Of a stretch of 64,000 bases of DNA, positions 63,577 through 64,000 are shown in pieces (position 1 is the first letter of the stretch; each line of letters starts with the position of its first letter). Position numbers and translations under genes: made by a program. Where the stretch lies: NCBI GenBank assembly GCA_965113315.1, contig OZ220365.1; one strand, written 5' to 3'. The DNA is from Podarcis vaucheri (Eukaryota). Under the pieces are notes generated by a model that worked only from the letters and a program-made list of their open reading frames with translations, was not told the origin of the DNA and did not search any database.

Positions 63577-64000
63577 TATTGCGATGAGACCTGGAAAACC
63601 GACACCCTGTGTTGTGGGTGGGTACGACTGGTCAGCCACAACACCCGATTGGTAGGTCCCTCAAAGCTGGGTACAATCTGGTCAATGGGATGCAGTCCAA
63701 ATGGTTCAAAGGACCTATTTATGCCCATGCACGTGACCCAGTGCTTCCTTTTTCGGCATGTGCATTCGGAACACCCGCCCACCTCTCCCTACTTTTAGGG
63801 CTTTTCGCTTGACCTTGCTATGCCATCGTGTGTCGTCTGGCATTGGGACAGGGTCACAGCAAGAATTTCCCCCACTTGGCTGATTGGCTGTTGCCATTTG
63901 GGTTTCACCTGCTGTGTAGCAAATTGTCACAACTTGTTAGGTTGCGGATAGGCTCTGGTTCAGGTGATAGGGATGTGAGAACGCTCTCGCCATCCCTGTG
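63577..64000 (+). mobile_element. LTR-like element, 5' part (runs off the window)
   Basis: Begins tattgcga (compare the family terminus TGTTGCG). 63770-63935 aligns by eye with the reverse complement of 60140-60295. Confidence 0.5.

Overview
Vertebrate, not prokaryotic, DNA. The repeat content (Sauria/Squam1 SINEs with (ACCTTT)n tails, Squam2-like and Squam3-like SINEs, CR1, L1, L2, Penelope, hAT and Tc1/pogo MITEs) points to a squamate, probably a lacertid lizard. The window holds the CpG-island promoter, a long GC-rich 5' leader and the first coding exon of the receptor tyrosine kinase ALK (+ strand, CDS 1928-2585, phase-1 donor AG|GTGAGC). About 61 kb of intron 1 follows; I could not find exon 2. 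Almost all other ORFs in the track are spurious or come from transposon fragments. The most interesting signal is two young Penelope-like (PLE) insertions, each with a target-site duplication and each carrying a minimal type-I hammerhead ribozyme motif sense to the ALK pre-mRNA, about 7.9 kb apart (6946-6983 and 14825-14862). This ribozyme class is reported to cleave as dimers, so the two copies could pair within one transcript; that is a hypothesis. Other notable items are a 3-codon uORF whose stop overlaps the ALK start codon, a nested inverted arrangement of Sauria SINEs, a TA-joined MITE dimer, and two diverged copies of an LTR-like family. Family names come from recalled consensus features, not from a database search.
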